64,000 nt of DNA from Candidatus Thalassarchaeum betae (GTDB taxonomy: Archaea > Thermoplasmatota > Poseidoniia > Poseidoniales > Thalassarchaeaceae): contig PSPG01000004.1 of NCBI GenBank assembly GCA_003193925.1, forward strand, positions 32,001-96,000, read 5' to 3'. A program made the position numbers and the translations under genes. The notes under the pieces were generated by a model that saw nothing but the letters and a program-made list of their open reading frames with translations, was not told the DNA's origin and ran no database searches. Below are positions 29,725 to 40,015 of the stretch, piece by piece (position 1 is the stretch's first letter; the number at the start of each line of letters is the position of its first letter).

Positions 29725-30786
29725 ATGCCGCGACCCCGTATCGTGTCAGACCGTTGGATCGAGTGCGTCCCGAACATCAGCGAAGGCAGGGACGAAGAAG
29801 TCATCGAGGAGATTGTGGACTCTGCAAGGGGGTTCCACGGATCGGCTGTACTCAGTGCTGAACCCGATGCGGACTACAATAGAACGGTCATCACAATCGC
29901 AGGTCAGGCCGAACCAGTTACGCAGGCGGTGATATCACTGATTAGGAAATCTGCTGAACTAATAGACATGAGGCTGCACTCTGGTTCCCATCCTCGAATG
30001 GGGGCTGTAGATGTATGCCCATTCGTGCCCCTCGCCGAAGGTACACATGGCGATTGCATGGCTTCAGCAACGTCAGTTATGGAAGCTGTTGGAGATGATA
30101 TCCCTGTGTACTTGTACGGAGACGCAGCGACATCTCAACCGCGGGCGCAATTGGCTAAACTCCGAAGAGGTCAGTATGAAGCCCTTGAGGCGAGGCTATC
30201 AGGAGGTGTATGGGATGATGAAGATACCAGATTTCCGGATCGCTGGTCTGGCTCGTGGGGTGAGTCCGAGAAGAGGTTCGGGGCAATGGCGGTTGGGGTC
30301 AGACCGGTATTGGTCGCATTCAACGTGAATGTTGACGAATCAGAGCCCCTCGTGTCGAAAGCTGCGGCACAGCTGATTAGGACCTCGGGTAGGCTAATCA
30401 AAGGCACTGATGGGAAAAAGATGAGAATTCCCGGGATGCTCCAGAACGTACAGGGAATGGGAGTCGGCCTGCCCACGAAAGGGATTTGCCAGGTTTCTAT
30501 GAACCTACAGGATGTGTCCATCACACCCTTGCACATGGCATTCGAGGCAGTCAATTCAATCGCCGCAGATCATGGTGTATCCACATGTGGGAGCGAATTG
30601 ATCGGACTAGTGCCGTTGTCAGCAGTACTCGAAAGCGGCAGATGGTATCATGAAGATCCTGGCTCAGCGAATGCAGAGGAGTTAGTTGATGCTGCCGTTA
30701 TGGGGCTGGGATTGGACCAACTCGAGCCATTCGATGCCCACAACAGCATCATAGAGTGGTCTTTAGCAAGGAATCTCGGTGATTAG
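29725..30786 (+). CDS. Glutamate formiminotransferase (FTCD N-terminal part)
   Basis: ECVPNISEGR, D.DYNR.V, HPRMGAVDVCPFVP, QVSMNL and SE.IGLVP. The start may be the GTG at 29743. Confidence 0.92.
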   Translation: MPRPRIVSDRWIECVPNISEGRDEEVIEEIVDSARGFHGSAVLSAEPDADYNRTVITIAGQAEPVTQAVISLIRKSAELIDMRLHSGSHPRMGAVDVCPFVPLAEGTHGDCMASATSVMEAVGDDIPVYLYGDAATSQPRAQLAKLRRGQYEALEARLSGGVWDDEDTRFPDRWSGSWGESEKRFGAMAVGVRPVLVAFNVNVDESEPLVSKAAAQLIRTSGRLIKGTDGKKMRIPGMLQNVQGMGVGLPTKGICQVSMNLQDVSITPLHMAFEAVNSIAADHGVSTCGSELIGLVPLSAVLESGRWYHEDPGSANAEELVDAAVMGLGLDQLEPFDAHNSIIEWSLARNLGD

Positions 30787-30787
30787 C

Positions 30788-31405
30788 ATGAATGGCGGGT
30801 ACGAAGATGTTCTCCATCATATAGCATCTGATTCACCCACCCCTGGCGGTGGTTCGGTAGCCGCACTCTCCCTCGCTCATGCCCACGCTCTTGCCTCTAT
30901 GGTGGCAAGACTGACTCTAGGCAAGGAAATATGGCAATCAGGGCACGAATCCGCTAATCACGTGCTTTCCGAGTCATCCGTTGGTCAGCAGACAGCGCTA
31001 ACCCTTGCACATCGCGATGCTGAATCTTTCCAAGCTGTCATGCAGGCTTACCGATTACCCAACTCCGGCGACCATGAAGTATCTACTCGCAAGGCCGCGA
31101 TTATGGATGCTTACATAATAGCTACATCAGTTCCCTTAGAGACCGCTCAGAATGGACTGGGACTTCTCCTATTACTGGATGAGATGGCCATGTCATGCAA
31201 TGCTAATGCTATTACAGATCTGGCGGCTTCCGCAGAGATGGCCAACACCGCCATCATTATTGCAGGATTGAACGTGAGAATTAATCTGCAGTCACTACCC
31301 GATGTTAATGCTGATGCGTTCTCCAATGAATTGGCTGATGTCAAGGAACAAGCCTCGTCGCTAATTGGAAAAATCAGAACCACCGTGGAAGACAGGATGA
31401 AATGA
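30788..31405 (+). CDS. Formiminotetrahydrofolate cyclodeaminase
   Basis: S.SPTPGGGSVAA, MVARLT, A..VPL and NV.INL. Confidence 0.9.
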   Translation: MNGGYEDVLHHIASDSPTPGGGSVAALSLAHAHALASMVARLTLGKEIWQSGHESANHVLSESSVGQQTALTLAHRDAESFQAVMQAYRLPNSGDHEVSTRKAAIMDAYIIATSVPLETAQNGLGLLLLLDEMAMSCNANAITDLAASAEMANTAIIIAGLNVRINLQSLPDVNADAFSNELADVKEQASSLIGKIRTTVEDRMK

Positions 31406-31406
31406 T

Positions 31407-33416
31407 ATGGAATTCCAAAACGATGTGGTGCATGGGATTCCACAATACATGCCCGAAATTAGGGGGTTGGATGACACGGTTGATCACGCTCCTCGCCGGC
31501 CCAGCGTCCTGAATGCTTCTGAGAGTCGGGAAGCCCTGAGCAACGCCCTGAGGTACTTCCCCAAGGATTGGCATGGAGAGCTATCAGCAGAATTTGCTGA
31601 CGAGTTAAACGCATACGGTCACATCTACATGCATAGGTTCCGACCCTCATATCCAATGCACGCACGTCCGATTTCCGAGTATCCAGCAAAGATCGGGCAG
31701 GCCTCCGCAATAATGATGATGATTCAGAACAACCTAGACCCTGTATTAGCGCAATACCCGCATGAGTTAGTCACCTATGGAGGCAACGGCACTGTATTTC
31801 AGAACTGGATCCAGTATCGACTGACGATGGCGTATCTGGCCAAGATGAATCAGGACCAAACTCTGGTCATGTACTCCGGGCACCCCCTCGGGCTGTTTCC
31901 ATCCAGCTCAGGAGCACCCCGAGTAATTATCACTAATGGCATGGTGGTCCCTAACTACTCCTCCCAAGCCGAATACGAGCGCATGAGCGCCATGGGAGTC
32001 TCACAATACGGACAGATGACTGCTGGCTCTTACATGTACATAGGCCCTCAGGGAATAGTCCACGGGACTACAATAACCATCCTGAATGCTGCTAGGATGT
32101 ACCTTGGCCTGACTACCGATGATGGACTTGGGGGCGTTATGTTCGTCACGTCGGGTTTGGGAGGCATGTCGGGAGCGCAGGCGAAAGCTGCTGTGATTAC
32201 TGGGGCTGTAGCTGTTATTGCAGACTGCAATGAGTTCGCGGCCAAGAAGTGTTTCGAACAGGGCTGGCTATCCGAATTACACTACGACCTCGATGGAATC
32301 ATTGACAGAGCCCTCGATGCCAAGCGGAACTGCGAGGCTGTGTCATTAGGTTACGTAGGCAATGTCGTAGACCTGTGGGAGGCTTTGTATGAACGGGGGG
32401 TTTGTCCTGAACTGGGGAGCGATCAAACCAGTCTGCATAATCCATGGTTAGGAGGGTATATGCCTGCGGGCCTCAGTTACGACGAAGGACTGGAACTGCT
32501 GGAGGCCGATCCCCCGAAATTTAGGGAAGCCGTCGAGGCATCGCTTGTCCGCCATGCTGATGCTGTGAACAAACTGACTAAATCTGGTATGCACTTCTGG
32601 GATTATGGGAATGCATTCCTGCTCGAGGCTGGTAAAGCTGGTGCTGATGTGATGGCTCCTGATGGTGTTTCATTCCGCTATCCCTCTTATGTCGAGGACA
32701 TTATGGGTCCGATGTGTTTTGATTTCGGATTCGGCCCTTTCCGATGGGTCTGCACATCCTGTTCTGATGAAGACTTGGCTGCAACTGACCGAATCGCAGC
32801 CGACATACTGCGCCGTCTCGCACATATTGCGCCGGCGGAGACCAGGCTCCAGTATCTGGATAACCTGAGATGGATAGAGCAGGCCAGAGAGCACGGGCTT
32901 GTAGTTGGCAGTAAAGCTAGGATCCTCTACGCCGACGAAATAGGTAGAAAGGCTATCGCCTCAGCTTTCAATCGAGCCATCTCAGAGGGAGTTGTTTCAG
33001 CGCCTATAGTCCTTGGAAGGGACCATCATGACGTGGGGGGGACGGATAGCCCTTATCGCGAGACTGCGAATATCAGGGATGGTTCGATGTTCACCGCCGA
33101 TATGTCGATACAGAATTTCGTCGGTGATGCCTTTAGAGGTGCTACGTGGGTCAGCCTCCACAATGGTGGTGGTGTTGGCTGGGGCGAAGCCATCAATGGT
33201 GGCTTCGGACTAATCATCGACGGTTCAGAGGATTCTGAGATGCGGATTCAGTCAGTGCTAGCGTGGGACGTCAATAACGGCATAGCAAGACGTGCATGGG
33301 CCCGCAATCCCGGTTCAATAGCAACGATCGAACAGGCAATGGGCAGAGAGCCTCTACTCGATGTTACCATGCCAAATTCAGTAGATTCAGAGATACTCAA
33401 CTCACATTTCAATTAG
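31407..33416 (+). CDS. hutU: Urocanate hydratase (long form, 669 aa)
   Basis: GQMTAGSYMYIGPQGIVHGT, GLGGMSGAQ, SDQTS.HN, RDHHD and HNGGGVGWG. Confidence 0.96.
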   Translation: MEFQNDVVHGIPQYMPEIRGLDDTVDHAPRRPSVLNASESREALSNALRYFPKDWHGELSAEFADELNAYGHIYMHRFRPSYPMHARPISEYPAKIGQASAIMMMIQNNLDPVLAQYPHELVTYGGNGTVFQNWIQYRLTMAYLAKMNQDQTLVMYSGHPLGLFPSSSGAPRVIITNGMVVPNYSSQAEYERMSAMGVSQYGQMTAGSYMYIGPQGIVHGTTITILNAARMYLGLTTDDGLGGVMFVTSGLGGMSGAQAKAAVITGAVAVIADCNEFAAKKCFEQGWLSELHYDLDGIIDRALDAKRNCEAVSLGYVGNVVDLWEALYERGVCPELGSDQTSLHNPWLGGYMPAGLSYDEGLELLEADPPKFREAVEASLVRHADAVNKLTKSGMHFWDYGNAFLLEAGKAGADVMAPDGVSFRYPSYVEDIMGPMCFDFGFGPFRWVCTSCSDEDLAATDRIAADILRRLAHIAPAETRLQYLDNLRWIEQAREHGLVVGSKARILYADEIGRKAIASAFNRAISEGVVSAPIVLGRDHHDVGGTDSPYRETANIRDGSMFTADMSIQNFVGDAFRGATWVSLHNGGGVGWGEAINGGFGLIIDGSEDSEMRIQSVLAWDVNNGIARRAWARNPGSIATIEQAMGREPLLDVTMPNSVDSEILNSHFN

Positions 33417-33453
33417 CGCGATGTTCTAATTGGCGCATGCCCTGCGACGTTTG

Positions 33454-34989
33454 ATGCCTTTGCGCGTGATAGAGCTGGATGGCTCCTCCCTAGTAGTTGA
33501 AGATGTCATAGACGCAGGACGTGGTCTGGCTACAGTTTGTATCAGCGACTCGTCTAAAATCACGATGCAAGCTTCCAGAGAAGCCGTATTGAGGATACTC
33601 GATAGCGATAGGGTAGTCTATGGCATTAACACTGGCTTCGGGGCGTTGTCATCTGTTACGATCGACCCGACTCAACTGGAAGAGCTGCAACGCAATCTAA
33701 TCCGAAGTCATGCTTGTGGGGTCGGCGAACGCATGCACCCGGAACACGTGTTGATGATGATGGTCATTCGAGCCAATGCCATAGCCAAGGGCAACTCTGG
33801 CGCCAGAGTCGAACTGACAGAGTTACTGGCGTCGATGGTCAATCACAGAATCGCCCCCGTGATCCCCCGTATAGGCTCCCTGGGTGCTTCGGGAGATCTC
33901 GCTCCTCTGTCCCATCTGACACTCGGGTTAATCGGCGAGGGAGAATGTAACATCATAGGGGACAACGGCTCCTGGGAAGTTGTCCAATCCGACTCCGCAC
34001 TTCGCAGCGTCAGACTGGAGCCTTTAGTGCTCCAAGCCAAGGAAGGGCTGACTCTGATTAACGGGACTAGCCAGATGTGCACATATCTAGCGTTATGCGT
34101 GTCTAATCTTGACCATCTTCTTCTTGCAGCAGATGCTGCAATCTCTTGCTCGCTGGAGGCGATACGGGGTTCACACTCTCCCTTCGATCATCGAATCCAC
34201 GAAGCACGCCCCCAAGTCGGTCAATCGATATCGGCAGCCCGAATCAGCGCTCTCCTCGCTGATTCCAGAATCAATGATTCACATGCTGATTGCGATCGCG
34301 TCCAAGACGCATATTCGTTTAGGTGCTCACCACAGGTACACGGCCCGGTGATAGAACTGTTGCGGGAAACTCGCAGGATGCTCGAAATTGAACTGAATAG
34401 CGCTACAGACAACCCGCTCGTCTTCACCGATGGTAAGATGGATGATGTCATCAGCGGTGGCAACTTCCATGGTCAAAACCTTGCTCTTGCAAGCGATTAT
34501 CTGGCCATCGCATGTCATGAATTGGCTAGCATCTCCGAGCGGAGGATCAATCAGGTTCTAGACCCTCAGTGGAGCGGTCACAACGCTTTCTTGGCAAACC
34601 ATGAAGGTTTGGAAAGTGGCTTGATGATCATCCAGTATGTGGCTGCTGCACTAGTCGCTGAACTTCATTTGATGGCTCAGCCAGCTACTACGAGCAACGT
34701 ACCTGTCAGTTTAGGAAAGGAAGACCACGCATCGATGGGCGCCACGGGTACATACAGAACATTCAGAGCCACAGAGTTCCTCTCCCAGGTAATCGCAAAT
34801 GAGATGATTTGCTCCGCAGAAGCACTCGACAGAATAGTTGAGAGACCCGGCAAAGGGGTTGCTTGCGTGGCCGATTGGATTAGGTCACATGTCCCTCCTC
34901 TCGAAGCAGACAGGGGGATGACTGCGGACTGCGAGCGTCTTTCATCAGCCCTGTTGAAGGGAGAGTTGTCCTCCGCTTTGGGGGATTAG
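33454..34989 (+). CDS. hutH: Histidine ammonia-lyase
   Basis: YGINTGFG, RSHACG, MIO motif GASGDLAPL, QDAYSFRC and GGNFHG. Confidence 0.95.
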   Translation: MPLRVIELDGSSLVVEDVIDAGRGLATVCISDSSKITMQASREAVLRILDSDRVVYGINTGFGALSSVTIDPTQLEELQRNLIRSHACGVGERMHPEHVLMMMVIRANAIAKGNSGARVELTELLASMVNHRIAPVIPRIGSLGASGDLAPLSHLTLGLIGEGECNIIGDNGSWEVVQSDSALRSVRLEPLVLQAKEGLTLINGTSQMCTYLALCVSNLDHLLLAADAAISCSLEAIRGSHSPFDHRIHEARPQVGQSISAARISALLADSRINDSHADCDRVQDAYSFRCSPQVHGPVIELLRETRRMLEIELNSATDNPLVFTDGKMDDVISGGNFHGQNLALASDYLAIACHELASISERRINQVLDPQWSGHNAFLANHEGLESGLMIIQYVAAALVAELHLMAQPATTSNVPVSLGKEDHASMGATGTYRTFRATEFLSQVIANEMICSAEALDRIVERPGKGVACVADWIRSHVPPLEADRGMTADCERLSSALLKGELSSALGD

Positions 34990-35721
34990 ATGCAAGAAAG
35001 GCTGCACATGTCCCATCATCCCGGGACCGATCCACCCCCCTTCGAGGCCTCGGTAATCGACGTAACAGACGATTCGCTGATTCTGTCTCAATCGTACTGT
35101 TACCCCCGTGGAGGCGGTCAACCCGGTGATACAGGGTTATTCATTCATGACGGGATTGGAAGGGGGTTCTCCGAGACCCTCGGTGGAGAGTTTATCCGCC
35201 ACCCAGTCGATGAGATTACTGATTTCTCAGTGGGGGACGAAGTCAGGTGCGTGATTGACGGTGAGCGGCGGAACAGACATGCCAAGATGCACACCGCCCA
35301 GCACATCATCTCAGCTTTGGCTGATGACTTATGGGGTGCGGAGACGGTTGGTAATCAAATCAGCACAGAATACACCAGAATCGACTTCCTGTTCCCGAAC
35401 AGGGACGAATACGACTCCGAAACCCTGGCTGATGCTGTGAATTCGGTCATAGGCTCCGGAACCCTCGTTAGCGTACATGAATGGCCTAGAGATGCCGTGA
35501 GGGAGCACGAGCATATGCGGCACACGAATTTCATGGAGAGGATTCCCTCCTTCATCACGGAACTGAGAGTCGTTGAGATAGAGGGGATCGACCTTTGTCC
35601 GTGCGCAGGTACCCATGTTGGCTCAACTAATGATATAGAGCCCATCGTCATAACCAATGTCAAATCTAAGGGCGCTGGAAAATTCAGGATCACCTATCAG
35701 TTTGAAAATGAAACATTATAG
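34990..35721 (+). CDS. alaX: Free-standing alanyl-tRNA editing protein AlaX
   Basis: YPRGGGQPGD, HTAQH and CAGTHV zinc motifs. Confidence 0.9.
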   Translation: MQERLHMSHHPGTDPPPFEASVIDVTDDSLILSQSYCYPRGGGQPGDTGLFIHDGIGRGFSETLGGEFIRHPVDEITDFSVGDEVRCVIDGERRNRHAKMHTAQHIISALADDLWGAETVGNQISTEYTRIDFLFPNRDEYDSETLADAVNSVIGSGTLVSVHEWPRDAVREHEHMRHTNFMERIPSFITELRVVEIEGIDLCPCAGTHVGSTNDIEPIVITNVKSKGAGKFRITYQFENETL

Positions 35722-35736
35722 GTACCTAACTATTAG

Positions 35737-35809
35737 TGGGCTCGGCAGGAATTGAACCTGCGATCTTCGCCATGTCAAGGCGACGTCATAACCCCTAGAC
35801 CACGAGCCC
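35737..35809 (-). tRNA. tRNA-Val(GAC), intronless, CCA not encoded
   Basis: Reverse complement reads GGGCTCGTGGTCTAGGGGTTATGACG TCGCC TT GAC AT GGCGA AGATC GCAGG TTCAATT CCTGC CGAGCCC A. Confidence 0.96.
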
Positions 35810-36137
35810 TAGAGAATTCGACCTAGGAGGGAGTTGCAAATGAAGCATTCTCTAGATGCAATTAACCGACAATCTTCGAAATTCTCCCATCACATCCGTA
35901 ATTGGAACAGCTACCAGACAAACGAGTTCGGCCATTGCTCATGACTATCTTCTTCGCATTCAATATACGGCAGTAGGTCTTGCACTTGAGGCAGAAACCC
36001 ATTTCCTGGCCGTCCACGAACGTGGATCTGTGATTTCGTATTCAATGCATCTCCGAGGGGGGATTCAAAGTATAATATTCAATGATATACTCAAATCGAT
36101 GTACTACGACTCTGTTATCAACATTTTTCAGGATAAG

Positions 36138-36165
36138 TTTTCCGATAAGTGCTCTTATCGGTCAC
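36138..36165. other. Candidate Xer recombinase dif site
   Basis: TTTTCCGATAA-GTGCTC-TTATCGGTCAC: 11-6-11 layout with the ATAA-N6-TTAT core of dif sites, in an AT-rich intergenic region. Confidence 0.5.
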
Positions 36166-36283
36166 ATGACACACGGTAAGATACACTGTCACGAGATAAA
36201 CAGACTGGATTCGCTACGCAGATGTTGAAAAATTATCTTCATAGTACTTATTAACTGTAAAAATGAGAATAGGTTTGTAGTCA

Positions 36284-37567
36284 TTAGGGAGAATTTACAA
36301 TAAAGCCGTCGATAATGGAATGCGATATCGGATTCTCCCCCGGAGTCTGACACCAACCATCGACCGATTCGGACCACAGAATGTTCAGATCAGCCCGTGA
36401 GCCCACAGCGAGGGTGCCACTGACATCGGAACCTCGCAGTGTGGTGGCTGGGTTCCTAGTCACACTGACCAGTGCTGCGAGTGGATCGATCCCCATGCGA
36501 TTGGAAGCTAGGTTGCCGATGAATGGGATGGAGAGGATACGACAATTGGGATTGAAGTCTGTTGCGAGGGAGAATGCCCACCCTTCCTCCATGCAAGTCT
36601 GAACAGGCAGGTCCAGAGACGCTCCCATGACGTAGGGAGTTCCCGGAAGGAAGGTCTGCATAGTGCCACTGTCCGAAGCGGCCTTACGTGCATCGAGCCC
36701 GGATTTTGCGACGTGGTCTGCACTGACTGCTCCAATGTCAGCAGCAAGTGCCAGTCCACCTGAGTCCTCAAACTCGTCCACGTGTAGCCTGGCGGGTAAT
36801 CCAAGTTCCTTGGAAGCCAGGACGATCGCCTCTGTCTCATCCGTGCTGAACCATCCGGGCTCACAGAACACATCGGCCCAAAGTGCGATACCTTGATCCA
36901 TGACGCTTGGCAGTTGCTCAGATATCAATTGATCGAGATACTCTGACCTGGTGCAATCAGAGGGGAAATCGTGACCACCTAGCCAAGTGGGGAACAGATT
37001 CACCCTAGTGTGTCTGCTTAACTCATCTACAGCCTCCAGAAGCCTCAGTTCAGATTCCACACTGAGTCCATATCCGCTCTTGACCTCCATCGAGGTGGTT
37101 CCCAGTGAAGATGCATAATCCAACCTGCTCATGCCCACTGAAAGCAAATCCTCGATTGACATGGATCGCGTGCTTGCCACGGTCTTCGCTATACCGCCAC
37201 CGAGTTCTGCTATCTGACGATAAGTCAGTCCGGACTGTCTGAGTCTCATTTCCGAGGAACGATCCCCGCCCCATAGCAAGTGAGTATGCGAGTCGACGAA
37301 ACCGGGAACGATTGCACGACCACCAGCATCAACCACGGACAGTTCGGCAGAAATGTCTCTTTGCCCGTCCCAGCCCGGTGCGTATTCCGCGATCAGAGAT
37401 TGAGAGTCTGTAATCTGGACGATAATGCCTCTTTCGATCAAAATACCCTGTCCGGGAGGATATATGTTGTTACTGCGGTCTGACATGTCATCCCCGGTAA
37501 GCGGTTCACGGACGTCTCCCAGGCAGAGATGGGCTAGCTCACCGGAGTTCACAATAAGCGTCCGCAT
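36284..37567 (-). CDS. hutI: Imidazolonepropionase
   Basis: PGFVDSHTH, E.KSGYG, DVFCE.G.F, H.DE, DH and ATDFNP. Confidence 0.93.
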   Translation of the reverse strand: MRTLIVNSGELAHLCLGDVREPLTGDDMSDRSNNIYPPGQGILIERGIIVQITDSQSLIAEYAPGWDGQRDISAELSVVDAGGRAIVPGFVDSHTHLLWGGDRSSEMRLRQSGLTYRQIAELGGGIAKTVASTRSMSIEDLLSVGMSRLDYASSLGTTSMEVKSGYGLSVESELRLLEAVDELSRHTRVNLFPTWLGGHDFPSDCTRSEYLDQLISEQLPSVMDQGIALWADVFCEPGWFSTDETEAIVLASKELGLPARLHVDEFEDSGGLALAADIGAVSADHVAKSGLDARKAASDSGTMQTFLPGTPYVMGASLDLPVQTCMEEGWAFSLATDFNPNCRILSIPFIGNLASNRMGIDPLAALVSVTRNPATTLRGSDVSGTLAVGSRADLNILWSESVDGWCQTPGENPISHSIIDGFIVNSP

Positions 37568-37616
37568 GAGCCGCGACAGCCATGATGCTTGAAAGGACTG
37601 TCTGCCTCGAAGGCAC

Positions 37617-38627
37617 ATGAGCGCGGTGATACTGGGCATCGAGAGCACGGCCCATACCCTTTCCTTTGGATTTGTTGACGTGGAAGGTGTTGCCTATCCC
37701 TCCGAATCTGCCGTATTCAAGCCTGAAGAGGGCGGTATCCACCCCAGAGAGGCTGCTGATCATCATTCCAAAGTCGCTGGTGAATTACTGAAGAGGTTCA
37801 TGGAGACCCACGAATTGTCACGGAGGGATATCGATGCAGTCGCTTTTAGCCAAGGCCCGGGATTGGGCCCGTGCCTGAGAGTAGGGGCTTCCATCGCAAG
37901 ATCCCTCTCTCATTCTTGGAATATCCCCCTAGTAGGCGTGAACCACTGTGTCGCCCATATTGAGATCGGCAGGAGTCAGACTGGCTGTGATGACCCTGTA
38001 TTGCTGTATGTGAGCGGTGGTAACACCCAAGTGATCGCGCGTGCTAACGAAAGGTACCGCGTACTCGGCGAAACCCTCGACATCGGTATTGGCAACATGC
38101 TGGACAAGTTCGCCCGCGCTCAAGGAATCCCGTTTCCGGGCGGACCAGAAATTGAGCGACTCGCAGCTGCTTGGACCGCTGACACGCCCGGTGCTGAATT
38201 AAGCGGCGTATCCCTCCCATACGGAGTCCAGGGGATGGATCTCACATTCTCGGGAATTCTGACTGCAGCACAGCAGAAGACATTGGACGGTAATCCACTG
38301 AGAGAGGTGTGCTGGTCCTTGCAAGAGCATTCCTTCGCCGCTTGTGTAGAAGTTGCAGAAAGGGCCATGGCCCACACCGGTAAGGAGGAGTTGTTACTGG
38401 GTGGGGGGGTTGCATGCAACGAGAGATTGAGGGAGATGTCGCAAATTATGTGCGGAGAGAGAGGAGGAGAATCGTTCTGGCCTGCAAGGCCCTTCTGTGT
38501 TGACAACGGAACCATGATTGCCGAGCTCGGTCGGCGTATGATTGACTCCGGAACGATAACTTCACTCACGAACAGCGCGGTGTCACCCGGACTGCGCACG
38601 GATCACACCATCGTCACATGGGATTGA
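37617..38627 (+). CDS. kae1: tRNA t6A threonylcarbamoyltransferase Kae1 (not fused to Bud32)
   Basis: GIESTAHT, GGIHPREAA.HH, VNHC.AH.E, VSGGNTQ, GETLD and DNG.MIA. Confidence 0.94.
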   Translation: MSAVILGIESTAHTLSFGFVDVEGVAYPSESAVFKPEEGGIHPREAADHHSKVAGELLKRFMETHELSRRDIDAVAFSQGPGLGPCLRVGASIARSLSHSWNIPLVGVNHCVAHIEIGRSQTGCDDPVLLYVSGGNTQVIARANERYRVLGETLDIGIGNMLDKFARAQGIPFPGGPEIERLAAAWTADTPGAELSGVSLPYGVQGMDLTFSGILTAAQQKTLDGNPLREVCWSLQEHSFAACVEVAERAMAHTGKEELLLGGGVACNERLREMSQIMCGERGGESFWPARPFCVDNGTMIAELGRRMIDSGTITSLTNSAVSPGLRTDHTIVTWD

Positions 38628-38692
38628 TACCGGCCAACCGAGAACACTTATGAGAGTCTGTTGCTCGCCATGGGACGGAGTCTGATTATCTA

Positions 38693-39457
38693 GTGCAGAG
38701 GCGACGTCGACCTAAGGCCGCTGGTTCACAGACCAAGCCGGCAAAGAAAGAGGAACCCAAGCCGCGGAAGACGCAATCCAGTGCCCCGGGGCCCGTGCCC
38801 GGACCGCCTCCCGCTATTGGTATCAAACCAGAACCCGGCTCTATTCCTGACGAGGCAGGACAAGCACCTCAGGAAGTATCGCCCGAACCTATACCCACTG
38901 AAGACGAAGAGTCTGTGGTTCAGAGTCAGATTCTTGGCGGTCCGAAGAGGAAATCCATCGGATTGCAGCCGATCACGGATGCAAGGCCCACCGAAACCCA
39001 AGTTCAATCCATCAGCCCCAAAGCACAGGAGCTGATTGAGGAGAGCAGGCATAAAGCAAGCCAATCTGAGGAAGAGTCTGACGGAGAGTCCGATGAGACT
39101 GAAGAAGAGAATGAAAAGCCTGTTGTCGTTATACCGAGGCCCGTAACCCCGGTGGTAGTAGTCACTAGGAAGTTCAGACGTCGCAGACGCATCTTCCAGG
39201 CTGCAAATCGTGCCAAGCGCCTCGATAGGAGCAGACACATGGAGTACAAATACGAAGTTCGTGGACTGATGGATGAGATTGGGATCCTCGACGAACACCG
39301 TTCCAACATACTCGGCTCAATCTGGGCCAAGGGTGAGAGGCAGACCGTTTCGGATGCCAAGGAATACCTCGAGGGAAAGTTATCGGAGGGGATAATCACC
39401 GAAGACCAACTGTCGAGACTTTGCGCGGTCATCGATGACTACACCATCAGGAGGTGA
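38693..39457 (+). CDS. Hypothetical protein (disordered Pro/Glu N-region, basic linker, helical C-domain)
   Basis: Long ORF directly upstream of slyD, whose SD overlaps its stop; C-terminal RSRHMEYKYE..IWAKGER domain. Confidence 0.7.
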   Translation: MQRRRRPKAAGSQTKPAKKEEPKPRKTQSSAPGPVPGPPPAIGIKPEPGSIPDEAGQAPQEVSPEPIPTEDEESVVQSQILGGPKRKSIGLQPITDARPTETQVQSISPKAQELIEESRHKASQSEEESDGESDETEEENEKPVVVIPRPVTPVVVVTRKFRRRRRIFQAANRAKRLDRSRHMEYKYEVRGLMDEIGILDEHRSNILGSIWAKGERQTVSDAKEYLEGKLSEGIITEDQLSRLCAVIDDYTIRR

Positions 39458-39461
39458 TAGA

Positions 39462-39950
39462 GTGGCAATAGTTGAGCGGGATGTCGTAGTTACCGTGCAT
39501 TACACAGGAACCTTCGCTGACTCTAACGAGGTGTTTGATACCAGTGATGGCAGACAGCCTCTCGGCTTCCTAGTCGGTCACGGTAACATGATTGAAGGAT
39601 TCGAACGGGAGCTCATCGGGGCTGCCGTCGGGGAGACTAGGGAGTTTACACTGACACCAGACAAAGCGTATGGGGAGCGTGACGAGGACGCAATCCAGTC
39701 GGTTCCACGCGGACAGTTTCCCCCGGACCTACCTTTGAAGGTCGGTGAGGTTGTGGGGGCGCAGAGTGATCACGGGCCCGTCCAGTTCACTGTGACGGCC
39801 ATTGACGACGACAACGTAACTATTGATTTGAATCATCAAATGGCTGGGATGACCCTCAGATTCAGCGTCGAAGTCATTTCAATCCGACCAGCCCATCCAG
39901 AGGAGCTCGCTCACGGCCACGCACATGGACCCGGGCAGCACCATCACTAG
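39462..39950 (+). CDS. slyD: FKBP-type peptidyl-prolyl isomerase, SlyD-like with His-rich tail
   Basis: VHYTG, FDTS, AYG.RD, D.NH.MAG.TL.F and EELAHGHAHGPGQHHH; AGGAGGTGA SD before the GTG. Confidence 0.88.
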   Translation: MAIVERDVVVTVHYTGTFADSNEVFDTSDGRQPLGFLVGHGNMIEGFERELIGAAVGETREFTLTPDKAYGERDEDAIQSVPRGQFPPDLPLKVGEVVGAQSDHGPVQFTVTAIDDDNVTIDLNHQMAGMTLRFSVEVISIRPAHPEELAHGHAHGPGQHHH

Positions 39951-40015
39951 CACATTGTTCATGGGCGAATCCCACCTCCCAAGAGCGAACGATGCGCGAG
40001 AGTAGATCGAAAACT

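Noticed and set aside
35856-36179. 107-aa ORF in the AT-rich spacer
   Set aside because: It has no motifs, atypical composition and overlaps the dif-like palindrome, so it is probably not coding.
35722-36283. Integrated element or att site at tRNA-Val
   Set aside because: I saw no integrase and no duplicated tRNA 3' end, and the AT-rich DNA lies 5' of the tRNA.
35810-36283. Replication origin
   Set aside because: There is no adjacent cdc6/orc1 and no repeated ORB-like boxes, only one G-run; the dif reading fits better. Not fully excluded.
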